Assembly: GCF_001194135.2 (NCBI RefSeq)
Contig: NC_068994.1
Location: 52,084,082-52,148,081 of the forward strand
DNA: 64,000 nt
From: Octopus bimaculoides
Taxonomy: Eukaryota
Direction of reading: 5' to 3'
In this document: piece by piece, positions 39,645 to 52,479 of the stretch
Layout of the letters: every line of letters begins with the position of its first letter
Numbering within the stretch: position 1 is the stretch's first letter
The notes under the pieces: model-generated
The model's database searches: none
What the model saw: only the letters and a program-made list of their open reading frames with translations
What the model was told of the DNA's origin: nothing
Made by a program: the position numbers and the translations under genes

Positions 39645-40198
39645 TCTAATTTTGGTACAAGGCCAGCATATTTAGATGAGAATACGAGTTGATTATTATC
39701 GACCTTAGTGTTCAAATGGTTATCATTTTATCAAATCTGCAAGGAGAAAAGACAAAGTCGACATTTGTAGAATTTGAAAACAGATTATAAAGAGCCGGAA
39801 GAAATGTCGCTAAGCATTTTGTTCAATTTGCTAACAGTTCTGTCGGCTTGCCACTTTATTTTAACCTCATAATAATTAGACAATTGTAGCCTTAATAATT
39901 AATTGTGTAAAAGCAAGCATTGGGGGTCGATAAATTAAGTACCAGTTACGCACTGGGTTCGATGTAATCGACTTAATCCCTTTTTCTGTCCTTGTTTGTC
40001 CCCTCTAAGTTTAGCCCCTTTTGGGCAATAAAGAAATAAGAAACGTTAGCACGCCAGGCGAAATGCTTAGAAATATTTTGTCCGTCTTTACGTTCTGAGT
40101 TCAAATTCGGCCGAGGTCGACTTTGCCTTTCATCCTTTCCTGGTCGATAAATTAAGAATCAGTTGCTTACTGGTATCGATCTAATCGACTAGCTCCGT
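39645..40198. mobile_element. SINE family A cluster: minus copy 39645-39853 and plus-strand dimer 39925-40198
   Basis: Body and B-box motifs occur in both orientations; the dimer junction is GGGCAATAAAGAAATAAGAAA|CGTTAGCACG. Confidence 0.85.
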
Positions 40199-41529
40199 NN
40201 NNNNNNNNNNNNNNNNNNNNNNNNNNNNNNNNNNNNNNNNNNNNNNNNNNNNNNNNNNNNNNNNNNNNNNNNNNNNNNNNNNNNNNNNNNNNNNNNNNNN
40301 NNNNNNNNNNNNNNNNNNNNNNNNNNNNNNNNNNNNNNNNNNNNNNNNNNNNNNNNNNNNNNNNNNNNNNNNNNNNNNNNNNNNNNNNNNNNNNNNNNNN
40401 NNNNNNNNNNNNNNNNNNNNNNNNNNNNNNNNNNNNNNNNNNNNNNNNNNNNNNNNNNNNNNNNNNNNNNNNNNNNNNNNNNNNNNNNNNNNNNNNNNNN
40501 NNNNNNNNNNNNNNNNNNNNNNNNNNNNNNNNNNNNNNNNNNNNNNNNNNNNNNNNNNNNNNNNNNNNNNNNNNNNNNNNNNNNNNNNNNNNNNNNNNNN
40601 NNNNNNNNNNNNNNNNNNNNNNNNNNNNNNNNNNNNNNNNNNNNNNNNNNNNNNNNNNNNNNNNNNNNNNNNNNNNNNNNNNNNNNNNNNNNNNNNNNNN
40701 NNNNNNNNNNNNNNNNNNNNNNNNNNNNNNNNNNNNNNNNNNNNNNNNNNNNNNNNNNNNNNNNNNNNNNNNNNNNNNNNNNNNNNNNNNNNNNNNNNNN
40801 NNNNNNNNNNNNNNNNNNNNNNNNNNNNNNNNNNNNNNNNNNNNNNNNNNNNNNNNNNNNNNNNNNNNNNNNNNNNNNNNNNNNNNNNNNNNNNNNNNNN
40901 NNNNNNNNNNNNNNNNNNNNNNNNNNNNNNNNNNNNNNNNNNNNNNNNNNNNNNNNNNNNNNNNNNNNNNNNNNNNNNNNNNNNNNNNNNNNNNNNNNNN
41001 NNNNNNNNNNNNNNNNNNNNNNNNNNNNNNNNNNNNNNNNNNNNNNNNNNNNNNNNNNNNNNNNNNNNNNTCTTTCTTTCTTTCTTTCTGTTATCTCTAC
41101 AAGGATGGCAGCATATGACACCGAGGGAATTCCCAAAATTGCCGCTGGTCTTGTCTTCATTTTATTTCCTTTTCTCAAATTATTGTTTTATCCTCTTTTC
41201 TCTCCTCTCTCGCCATTATATTTCAGACAAAAAACAGCTAATTTTTAAGATAATTCTTTTTTTACTCAAGAAACATAAAAAAGTATTAAATTAAAATTAT
41301 AAAAAATAAATACATTCACAGCTAACAGAAGACTAAAAAAAAAAAACTCACAAACTATGTAAAAGAAATACTTCATATTTTATTAAAAGAAAGTTCTTTT
41401 TGTTTAAATTTGAAAATAATATAAAATCGATTCAAGAGTATTTCTAAAAATGTATTTTCAACTTAGAAAATTGTTAAGAGATTTGGTCTTTTAAAAACAA
41501 AACTTAATATACTGGTTTGAAGCACCGAT

Positions 41530-41940
41530 TTGGTAGAATCGTTTGCATCCCGGGCAAAATACTTAACGACATTTCTTCCGGCTTAACGTTTTCAATTTGA
41601 TTTTCACTGAGGTTTGCTTTATCTTTCATGTTTTTCAAGGTCGATAAAATAAGCACCAGTTGAGCCCTGGGGTAGATGTGATCGACATAGCTTCTCCTCC
41701 AAAATTCCCGATCTTGTGTCAAGATGTGAAACCAATTAATGTCCTGGCTTAAGGCGCCGATTTGGCAGAATAGTTTTCATTTGTTCCGATTTTGCGTTCT
41801 AAATTCAAATTCTACCAAGGTAGACTTTGCCTTTAATCAATTTGGGAGCGACAAAAAAAGAACCAGTCGAGTACTGGAGTCGATGTAATCGACTTCTCTC
41901 ACCTCAAAATTTCTAGGCTTTGAGTCAATAATAGACAGAA
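41530..41940 (+). mobile_element. two decayed tandem SINE family A copies
   Basis: Heads GATTTGGTAGAATCGTT and GATTTGGCAGAATAG; bodies GTCGATAAAATAAGCACCAG and GTAGACTTTGCCTTT..GTCGATGTAATCGACT. Confidence 0.7.
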
Positions 41941-42919
41941 TAAATATACTGGTTTTCTTGTAAAAAATGGCAACTGAACACGGTAAAAGGCAAGTTCCCG
42001 GCGAGTCATTTTAGCGACGCAGTTCCGATACGCTGCGGTAATTATTTTAATTTCATCCATACCACTAATGTCCTTCAGGAAAATATTTTATTTCACCACG
42101 TTACGTTACATTCTCTACTAAAATATTGGAATATTTGTTCCTGATCAGATCAATGCAAAATTATGTTTGACAGACACTGCTAGAGGAAGCTCTCAGCTAC
42201 CGGCTATTTGACATCACAAAGCTGCCAGAATCACCAGATCAAAGGTGAGGAAACCTTCGCTTGGAAGTAAAAATTGCGTCCGTATTCAAATTTGAAACTA
42301 CGCGCTGACGAGTCTCCAAAAGATTTCCATAAAATAATAAAATCCTCTTTGAACATAAAACCGATGCGGTAATTTTGTATCAGTTTTATACCCATGGGTT
42401 TATAATATTAAAGATTCATTATTTTTTCAGTACATTTCATACTGAAGAAAATTGCACTTGTGACATATTTATGAAAAAAAAAAAATCTATATTTCTGCTT
42501 TTGATGACACTGTTTCATTTCATGTCGTAAAATACTTTTTGGAACAAACAAAAAAAAAAAAAAGAAAGAAAGAAAAAGAAGGCAAGAATGGACCAGATTC
42601 CATTTTCTCTTCGTCAACATACGAGGCACTTATATATAGTTAGAAGTAAACAAAATTATGATACTTTATGTCGCAAGGCAAATCACACGTAGAAGAAACA
42701 AACACCAATGCTTTCGGTGATGTGAGATGAAGCTGTTGTATCATTTGAGTATCCTTTTGAGAGCATTGCGCTACTTCTCATACTTGCTAATGGTTGACAG
42801 AAAAAAACTGCTATATATAAAAAGATGAACGTCTGATATTCATGTTCTCATTTCTCAGATATAAATATGCAACCGTTTTTATAATGTCAAATTGAAATAA
42901 TTGTTTTGAATTACGCTAT

Positions 42920-43130
42920 TCATACCAATACGCTTAAGACCGTTCCTGGTTCTGTCATACGAACTTTGTTTTTAAGTAGTCTTAATTACAACCTTTCCTT
43001 CATAAATTTAATGCTAATTTACGTTTTTCAACGTCAGTCCAATAAAGACATGTATTTTACTAAATTCTTCATTATTTGAAAAAATTAATTGAAGAAAAAT
43101 TTATGTATTTCAACAGAAGTATTGTAACAG
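42920..43130 (-). mobile_element. decayed AT-rich MITE-like repeat
   Basis: Minus strand CTGTTGAAATAC..AAATAATGAAGAATTTAGTAAAAT..AGAACCAGG resembles a TTAA-flanked cephalopod MITE as recalled; ends not recoverable. Confidence 0.35.
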
Positions 43131-43336
43131 AAGTTTTACCTTAAACTTTAAAGAACGGTGGGGAAATCTCTTCAGTTGAAGTTATAGTTAACCAGAAAGA
43201 GTGAAACTGTAACACAATGATTCCCATCCTGGGGTCCGCAAAGGTAGTACTGCTGGGAGTCCGTAAACTAAATTCAAAATTTCATACATTTATACCGCGA
43301 TAGGTGAACCGCGATGTGGCGAGGGATTACTATATA

Positions 43337-43735
43337 CTTTTATTCTTTTATTCTTTTACTTGTTTCAGTCATTTTGACTGCGGCCATGCTGGAGCACCGC
43401 CTTGAAGTATTTTTGGTCGAGTGAATCGACCCCAGTACTTATTTCCTTTTAAATCCTGGTCCTTATTCTATCGGTTTCTTTTTGCCGAACCGCTATGTTA
43501 CGGGGACGTAACATGACAACACTGTTTGTCAATCAGTGATGGGAGAGACAAACAAAAACACAAAGACACACACATAACCACACTCACACACACAAACACA
43601 CACACACATATATATACGACGGGCTTCTTTCAGTTTCTGTCTACCCAATCTACGCACAAGGCCTTGGTCAGTCCGAGGCTATTGTAGCAGACACCCATGC
43701 AAGGTGCTACGCAGTGGTACTGAACCCAGAACCAA
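43337..43735 (-). mobile_element. SINE family B, near full-length, (TAAAAGAA)n tail
   Basis: CORE-like GTAGCACCTTGCATGGGTGTC, internal (TA/TG)n tract, and tail GACTGAAACAAGTAAAAGAATAAAAGAATAAAAG. Confidence 0.85.
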
Positions 43736-44194
43736 GATTCTTATGTACGCCTGTTAGAAAATATAGAAAAAAATACGAAGAGTAAATATGAAAAAAAAGA
43801 CTTTGATTAATGGTGTGGTGTTTGGTATGAGATCTTCATGTAGTATTTACTCTAGGGTAATTCATGGTACATTTAACGTTCTTTTCAACACATGCCCAAT
43901 CAACTAATCAACCGAATGATTATACGTGTTCTCCGGGGTTTGACTTATGATTCCTATCGGCAAAATATCTTCGTTTTTTTTTTCGAGTGAAATCAGTTGA
44001 CAAGAAATATGTATTTCATACGGTAGAATGATCCACAGAGAAGTCGTAATCGGCTGAAGCACTTTAAGAAATTCTCTTTGAAGATTTGTTTTCTTCTTCC
44101 TATGCTTAGCAGTGTTGTGTTCGAATCACATCTTCCTGTCAACTTAGTCCACGATAAAAGAAGTCTTCAATCCTTATCGTCGAAGTTGCCATCA

Positions 44195-44352
44195 TTCAAC
44201 ATCGTCCACGTCATCAATTATTATAATAGTCGTTACCATCATAAATAACGCCATCATCGTCGACGCCATCCTCCTCCTCCTCCTCCTCCTCCTCCTCCTC
44301 CTCAGCATCATCATCATCATCATCATCCTTCTCATCATCATCCTCATCATCC

Positions 44353-44383
<31 letters not shown>

Positions 44384-44674
44384 CCTCCTCTTCCATTTTT
44401 CTCCTTCTCCCCACTTCCTCCTTTTCTTCATTATCATTCTCATCGTCGTCGTCGTTGTCCTCCTCACTACCATCGTCAGCAACATTGTCATCATCATCGC
44501 CATCATTATGATCATGATCATCATCATCATCATTATGATGATCATCATCATCATCATCATCCACAACTACAAAACAGCAACGTCACTAGGATTTAACAGA
44601 TTTCCATCCCCACTGATGATATTATACTACCACTTAAATCAAGTAGACAATAGCAACAACAACAATAAGAACTA

Positions 44675-44719
<45 letters not shown>

Positions 44720-45000
44720 TAATATACTGCTCTCCCCACCACCACAACCACCTTTACCAGCAACACCACCTTCTGCACCACCCACACCAGAATGACCATC
44801 GTCATTACCATCACGCCGACAGTATCCTTCTCATCCCCACCACTACTACTACCATCATCGCAATCATCACCACCACCAATAACACTACCACCATTACCTG
44901 CTGCACCACCAATAGTACCACCAATACCACCACCACCACTACCACCACAGTCTGCACAACTACCAGAACCATCACCTCCAAACCACCTCCAAAACTTCTA
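44195..45000. repeat. compound trinucleotide low-complexity tract (TCC/ATC/ACT/ACC)
   Basis: Alternating imperfect trinucleotide runs that produce homopolymer ORFs on both strands. Confidence 0.85.
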
Positions 45001-45537
45001 ATACCAGAATCTTCACAAATTAAACTAAACAACGTACAAAAAAAGCCATGACTACAGCATAAACACTACAGCATCAGATGGCGCTCAAGCTCATCCCAGC
45101 ACCAGCTCACCTCCACGCCACACCGCGCCGCACCGCGCCGCACAATGCCACGCCAGACCACAACATAACACGCAAAAACTACTTCGTGGTTCTTAGTACA
45201 TCTTTACGTACATTAGCTGATGTAAAGTTTGTGGAAAACGAACAACGCTGTGACTCGATTAGCCTTAGGCCAAAATGTTTTTAAAATATTGGAAAAGTTG
45301 ATCTGAGCCGTTGCTGGTGCGAAGCACATACATACATACATACATACACACATGTATACACACACACACACACACACACGCACACACACACACATACACA
45401 CACTAACTCATACGTACGTGCGCACCACCAACCTACGCACATGCGCGTACGCATACGCACGCGCACACACTTGTACTAGCTTAACGTATAGAAGTATGTT
45501 GTATATATATGTCTATATATATATATATATATATGTT

Positions 45538-45579
<42 letters not shown>

Positions 45580-45655
45580 CATATATTTATATACGNNNNN
45601 NNNNNNNNNNNNNNNNNNNNNNNNNNNNNNNNNNNNNNNNNNNNNNNNNNNNNNN

Positions 45656-45705
<50 letters not shown>

Positions 45706-45947
45706 TCATGCATATATGTTATAAATATCTATATGTATCCATTTACGTATATCTATTTATACACACGCACACACATATACATTTAGCATATATAAACACA
45801 TGCACACACATACATACGTAGGAACAACTAAATTCAATGTATTAAGACAAGCCCTAATGTAATGTAAGCTTGAAGAGTTTCTAGAAAACCAGATGGTCAC
45901 TATCGATCTATGTCATACAGTTTCAAGGCGAGATATTTAAGAGCTGA

Positions 45948-46007
<60 letters not shown>

Positions 46008-46059
46008 CTCTACTTAGCAGTCGTTAGCAATCATTCTACATTTTGCTTGATTTAAATTG

Positions 46060-46109
<50 letters not shown>

Positions 46110-46502
46110 ACACACACACACACACACATATATGTTTAAATACCGCACATAATTTTCTGCTTACCTACCAGAATATCTATCTATCTATCTATCTAAATTT
46201 TTCATTGCAAGTTTTCCCCGTATTAGACATATTTCGTTCAAAAATTTTTTAACACACGCGCTAAAGAGCGTCGGAGTTCAAATGCTGCAGCGTTCAACTC
46301 AGCTGTTAGTCCTCGTGGGATTAATGAATTAAAGTACCGCTCGCATAAACACCCATTGGGTCTCCGTAAAATTTCCGCGCATCGAAATTGGTTCCCAGGC
46401 TTTAAATCCGTCCAATGCTACAGTAGCGGGAATTGAACACTGAATCTGTTGATCGCAAAGCAGGCGCCTTAACTTACTGCCATACTTGCATCCACTCATC
46501 TC

Positions 46503-46574
<72 letters not shown>

Positions 46575-46924
46575 NNNNNNNNNNNNNNNNNNNNNNNNNN
46601 NNNNNNNNNNNNNNNNNNNNNNNNNNNNNNNNNNNNNNNNNNNNNNNNNNNNNNNNNNNNNNNNNNNNNNNNNNNNNNNNNNNNNNNNNNNNNNNNNNNN
46701 NNNNNNNNNNNNNNNNNNNNNNNNNNNNNNNNNNNNNNNNNNNNNNNNNNNNNNNNNNNNNNNNNNNNNNNNNNNNNNNNNNNNNNNNNNNNNNNNNNNN
46801 NNNNNNNNNNNNNNNNNNGTATGTGCATGCAGATGTGTGGTTGTGCGTGTGTGTGTTTGTGTGTGTGTGTGCGTGTGTGTGAATGTGTGCGTGCAGATAC
46901 GTGAATGTGTGTGTGTGCAGGTGT

Positions 46925-46963
<39 letters not shown>

Positions 46964-47909
46964 TGTGTGTGTGTGTGTGCGTGAATGCGAGCGGGCAGAT
47001 GCATGAATGTGTACGTGCAGGTGTGTGATCGTGTGCGCGCGCGTGCAGGTGTGTTTGTGTGTGTATAGGGGAAGAAAAAAAGAAATATCCGGAGATGAGA
47101 GGGTCGATTGTTACGTTACGTTGATTACGTAGACTGCAGCTGACGTTGACCTCAAGTTTTAGTTTATTTTCGTAGCACTTTGTACTTCTGTATTGATTTC
47201 TGTGCGACTAAAATCATACTTCCGTTTCTTTTTCTGTGTAATTGTTGGCGTCCATATTGGCTCGCTTCCTCTCTGTCCAGTCTTCAAGAATAATGACCAT
47301 TGAAATGTTTTTTTTCTTTCTCTCTTTGCCTTTTAGTAGTTTTTAAATTTAGTTAAATGTTATATGTCTTTTCTACGTTTTTGTTTTCAAAATTTTTTGT
47401 TGAATTTTCCCCTTATATCAAGTTAATTTCTTTGTTCCACAATGTAATGAGCTTTCAGTTCTTGTTTTTATTTGATTAGTTTGTTGTGGTATTGAACTGA
47501 CAAAATCTTGCAAGATTAGGCACAACTTTTTCAATTCTGAGTTCAAATCCTATTGGGGATGGTCGTTACCTTTAATGTCACTCCGATGTCGACAAGCCAC
47601 ATTTCCATAGAAGGACTAGAATCAGGTTAATCGACTCTCTCCCTCTTCCATATTTGTGGTTTTGTGTCTATATACACAAACATCATTCTTTCACGTCTTT
47701 GTGTTTTTTGGACTACGGTCATGCTAGGGCACGCCATGAAACATATTCGTCATTGCTGATAGCATTTGAACTTGCGCGAAGTTACCCAAATGAATTTCTA
47801 TTCCATCGCCTTAACACAACGGTTACTTATATAAAAATAACTGGAAGAGTAGATTTCTGGTTCTCCTACGTAGTTTCTGTTCTTTTTTTGCAGTTTACTT
47901 ATCTGCATG

Positions 47910-48018
47910 TGGAGGCGCAATGGTCCAGTGGTTAGGGCAGCAGACTTGCGGTCATAGGATCGCGGTTTCCATTCCCAGGCCGGGCGTTGTGAGTGTTTAT
48001 TGAGCGAAAACACCTGAA
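47910..48018 (+). mobile_element. OR-like tRNA-derived SINE head (family D)
   Basis: GGAGGCGCAATGGTCCAGTGGTTAGGGCAGC..GGTTTCCATTCCC..GTGTTTATTGAGCGAAAACACC; homologous to 55600-55707. Confidence 0.8.
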
Positions 48019-48019
48019 G

Positions 48020-48201
48020 CTGTGGCCATGCTGGAGCACCACTTTTAGTCGAGCAAATTGACCCCAGGACTTATTCTTTGCAAGCCTAGTACTTATTCTA
48101 TCGGTCTCTTTTGCCGAACCGCTAAGTGACGGGGACGTAAACATACCAGCATCGGTTGTCAAGCGATGTTGGGGGGACAAACACAGAAACACAAACATAT
48201 G

Positions 48202-48236
<35 letters not shown>

Positions 48237-48400
48237 ATATATACGACGGGCTTCTTTCAGTTTCCGTCTACCAAATCCATTCACAAGGCTTTGGTCGTCC
48301 CGAGGCTATAGTAGAGGACACTAGCCCAAGGTGCCACGCAGCGGGACTGAACCCGGAACCATGTGGTTCGTAAGCAAGCGACTTACCACACAGCCACTCC
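48020..48400 (-). mobile_element. near full-length SINE family B
   Basis: GGAGTGGCTGTGTGGTAAG..GGGTTCAGTCCC..GGCACCTTGGGCTAGTGTCC (CORE)..(AT)n..GATAGAATAAGTACTAGG..GGTGCTCCAGCATGGCC. Confidence 0.9.
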
Positions 48401-49664
48401 GTTGGGTGAAAGTATTTTGTCCAGTCTTAAAGTATTAAAACATTGAGTTCATGATCGCCAGATCGTGAGTTCGACTCTAGAGCTGGAGTCTAGGACTGGA
48501 TGATGCTTTGCGGAGCAAATACTTCATTGGCTGTTACTACAGTCCCTTTAGCTAAAAGCAACCAGAAGCAATTGCTGCGAATTAACTCTGCAACATATTA
48601 AAGGTCAGTTCAGTAGGTACTGACCTTTAATATCCATCGTGTAAACGTCTCGAAAATTTAAATAACCTGTAACCTCATGAACATGTAGAGACGAGGCAGA
48701 CAGCCCTATCTTGAACTACAGTATCTGTCCTTCCCGTTTTGAAGATGGTTGGGTGTAATTTCAGAGAGATTTGACTGTTATTGTTAAGCGTCAAACCCCC
48801 ATGTAGAGCCTCAAATATTTTTGACTGTGCAGTGTGTCTCGTTAGATGTGCAGATTTTATGAATTAACTGAATGCTGTTTCATCCTGGAATCGGCGACGG
48901 TGTCGTTATCAAGCATCCGCTCATCTTGTACATGATACCAACCATTGTAAATAAAATTAGATATTAGTCATATATTAACAATGTAATAATTTCATCATTT
49001 ATAATTTTTAAAGTAAATACTAAAATGTTTATTAAAATCCTTGTCGATTTAACAAATCATTTTGATGAAAGTATATAAAAATACAAAGGACGATGATGAT
49101 GGAGAAGAAGTTGGTGCTGATGAAGAAGATGAATGAGAAAATGAGAAATGTAAAGGGAAAATACGAAGAAAAATAACGAATCTGGAATGTAAGGAAATAA
49201 TGATAATGGTAGTAAAATATTAATACTACCAATAATAATCCGGTTGGAATCGAAACGGCGTTGTTGACATGCGTACATTAGAAATTCCTTTTTATTCTCA
49301 TGATGCCAATCATTGTAAACATAATTAAATATTAGCTACATATTAACGATGTAATAATATTATGATTTGTAAATTTTTTGAGTAAATATTACAATGTTTA
49401 TTAAAATCCTTGTCGATTCAACAAAACCCATTTCGTTGAAAGCGAAAATAAAGAGAGAAAATACAAACGAAGAAGAAGAAAGGGAAAAATGATGATGAAG
49501 AAGAAGAAGAGTAAGAAGAAGAAGAAAAAGAAGAAGAGGAGAAAGGAAACTAGAAGATAGGAGGGGGAGAACATGAAGATGGTGTTGAATAAGAACGAAA
49601 TGAAGAAGAGAAAATGAAGAAAAGGGCGGAGAAAATATGAAAGCAAATAAAATAATAATAATGA

Positions 49665-49876
49665 TTTCTTTCCGGTTTTGGCTCAAGTTCAGCAGTTTTT
49701 AGAGGAGGGGTAATTTGGTCATATCGACCCCAGTACATGTCTGGTATTTTAAATTGTTGATCAGGGAAGAATGAAAAGCATCGTATGCCTCGGTGGGATT
49801 TGTACTTTGAACGTCAAGTCTGATGAAATACCGCTTAGCATTTCGTCCAGCGCGCTAACGATTCTACCGGCTTACT

Positions 49877-49922
<46 letters not shown>

Positions 49923-50207
49923 CAACAACAACAATAATGATATTGATTTCAAATTTTGGTACAAGACCAGCTATTTCGAGAGTAAGCGGATTTCTACCAT
50001 AGGCACAAGGCCTGAAATTTGTGGGGAGGAGACTAGTCGATTAGATCGACCACAATGTTTCACTGGTATTATTTTATCGACTGCGAAGAATGAAAGGCAA
50101 AGTCGACCTTGGCGGAATTTGAACTCAGAAATTAAAGACAGACGAAACGCCGCTAAGCATTTTTTTTTGTTCTGACATCCTAACGATTCTGCCAGCTCGC
50201 CGCCTTA
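49665..50207 (-). mobile_element. two SINE family A copies separated by (AAT/AAC)n
   Basis: Copies at about 49665-49870 and 49945-50207, with body, B-box and head motifs. Confidence 0.8.
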
Positions 50208-51069
50208 ATGATAAAAATAACAACAACAATATTAATAGTAATGGTCATGATTTTCATGAGGATGGTGATGATATTATTATAATCATGATGATAATTATAA
50301 AATGATGAACAAAAGAAAGAAAACAAAAACAACGAAATAATGAATAGAAGTAAGAAAAATATGCTCAAAAACACCAACCAACAAACAAGGATTAACTTGA
50401 AAGCGCCAAAACCTGAGTGGAAGTAATAATAAGACCTCAAATAAAATAAATACCTAAATGAATAAATAAATAGGCGAATACGGCAATGGAGAACGTCTCC
50501 AGTGAAGCTTAACAAGTTGTAATAATTTATTTCGGATTCTTTGCGATGTATGATTACCATTTTTCCATATCTTCCCTATTTTGTTTCTATCTTTAAATGT
50601 GTTTGTTACTATTTCCTGTTCATTTTCAAATTCTTTGCATGTTTATTTCTCTTCCATTTCGTTTTCTTTTTCGCTTTTCGGTGTTTGTTAATTACGTGTT
50701 AGTGGTTAAAGAAGATAGTGAAAAAAACCCGCAAAAAACATATCAAATTGTAACAACATTGGTGATCATGATTCTTGTTTAAGGCATTTACAACGTGAAC
50801 AAAATACGTGTACAACCGAGACTCGAAAACTACTGCAAGCAAACCAAGAACTGTGTTTTTCTATGGCATTTACCACTCGATAGTAACTATGGCGAAAAAT
50901 AAAATCTGCTTGAACATTCGCAAATTCAACCTGGTCATCGAGTATTATCTGCCCCTTTATAACACTGCTCACTCAGCAGGGATTGCCCTGCTAATAGCTA
51001 TTTCATCGTGGAGAGAGGCAGCCCGACACATCGAGTTATCTACTTTTATGTGCACCACGCTAACAATTC

Positions 51070-51845
51070 TTATTTCTGTATTGCCCACAAGGGGCTAAAC
51101 ATAGAGGGGGCAGACAAGGACAGACAAAAGGATTAAGTCGATTACATGGACCCCAGTGCGTAACTGGTACTTAGTTTATCGACCTCGAAAGGATAAAAGG
51201 CAAAGTCGACCTCGGCGGAATTTGAACTCAGAACGTAACGGCAGACGAAATACCGCTAGGCATTTCGCCCGACGTGCTAACCTTTCTTATTTCTTTATTG
51301 CCCACAAAGGGCTACACACAGAGGGGGCAGACAAGGACAGACAAACGGATTAAATCAATTATATCGACCCCAGTGCGTAACTGATACTTATTTAATCGAC
51401 TCCGAAAGGATGAAAGGCAAAGTCGACCTCGGCGGAATTTGAACTCAGAACGTAACGGCAGACGAAATACCACTAAGCATTTCNNNNNNNNNNACTGGTA
51501 CTTAGTTTATCGACCTCGAAAGGATAAAAGGCAAAGTCGACCTCGGCGGAATTTGAACTCAGAACGTAACGGCAGACGAAATACCGCTAGGCATTTCGCC
51601 CGACGTGCTAACCTTTCTTATTTCTTTATTGCCCACAAAGGGCTACACACAGAGGGGGCAGACAAGGACAGACAAACGGATTAAATCAATTATATCGACC
51701 CCAGTGCGTAACTGATACTTATTTAATCGACTCCGAAAGGATGAAAGGCAAAGTCGACCTCGGCGGAATTTGAACTCAGAACGTAACGGCAGACGAAATA
51801 CCACTAAGCATTTCGCCCGGCGTGCTAACGTTTCTGCCAGCTCGT
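51070..51845 (-). mobile_element. head-to-tail SINE family A array (about 216-bp unit); 321 bp duplicated across a 10-N gap
   Basis: Each unit runs from (C/G)GTTAGCACG to GGGCAATAAAGAAATAAGAA. 51163-51483 appears identical to 51494-51814. Confidence 0.9.
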
Positions 51846-52059
51846 CTCCGAACACTGGTTCATAATAACGGTGGCAAAGAAAGCGTATTCATTTGAAATC
51901 AGAAGTTCTGCTCGACTTCCTTACAACCACGTGCGTATCTGCGTGTGTAGGTGTGTGTATGCAAGAGTGTCTAGTAGCAGCAGCAGTAGTAGCGGCATGA
52001 GTTGTGGTGATGGTGGCAATAAAATAAAAACGGGACTCATATTCATGGTTGTCTTTTTT

Positions 52060-52232
52060 TCTTTTATTCGTTTCAGTCATTTGACTGCAGCCATGCTGGA
52101 GTACCGCCTTTAGTCAAACAAATAGACCCCAGGACTTATTCTTTGTTAGCCTAGTACTTATTCTACCGGTCTCTTTTGTCGAACCGCTAAGTTACGGGGA
52201 CGTAAACCCACCAACATCCGTGTCAAGCGATA
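52060..52232 (-). mobile_element. SINE family B 3' half
   Basis: TTTCAGTCATTTGACTGCAGCCATGCTGGAGTACCGCC..TAGTACTTATTCT..GAACCGCTAAGTTACGGGGACGTAAAC on the plus strand. Confidence 0.85.
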
Positions 52233-52414
52233 TATATATATATATGTATATATTGTATAAAAGATCGTGGGTAAGGCCAAAACAATGCGAAGTAAATGCA
52301 AGGTGAATCACAAGAAAAGAAATATGTGAATTAATGTAGGCTTACCTTGTATTCAATATTTCGGGTTTGTGACCCCATTTTCACGAAATTGACGAATGTA
52401 ATTATTCTATTATA

Positions 52415-52479
<65 letters not shown>

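Noticed and set aside
44192-45032. Acidic poly-D/E and poly-P ORFs
   Set aside because: Products of compound trinucleotide repeats readable in several frames on both strands.
47910-47985. Possible tRNA gene
   Set aside because: It has no closing acceptor stem and continues into SINE body sequence seen at 55346-55707. The same applies to the other tRNA-like heads.
51070-51845. CRISPR-like regular repeats
   Set aside because: The units are ~216-bp SINE copies without unique spacers, partly duplicated by assembly, in a eukaryotic context.
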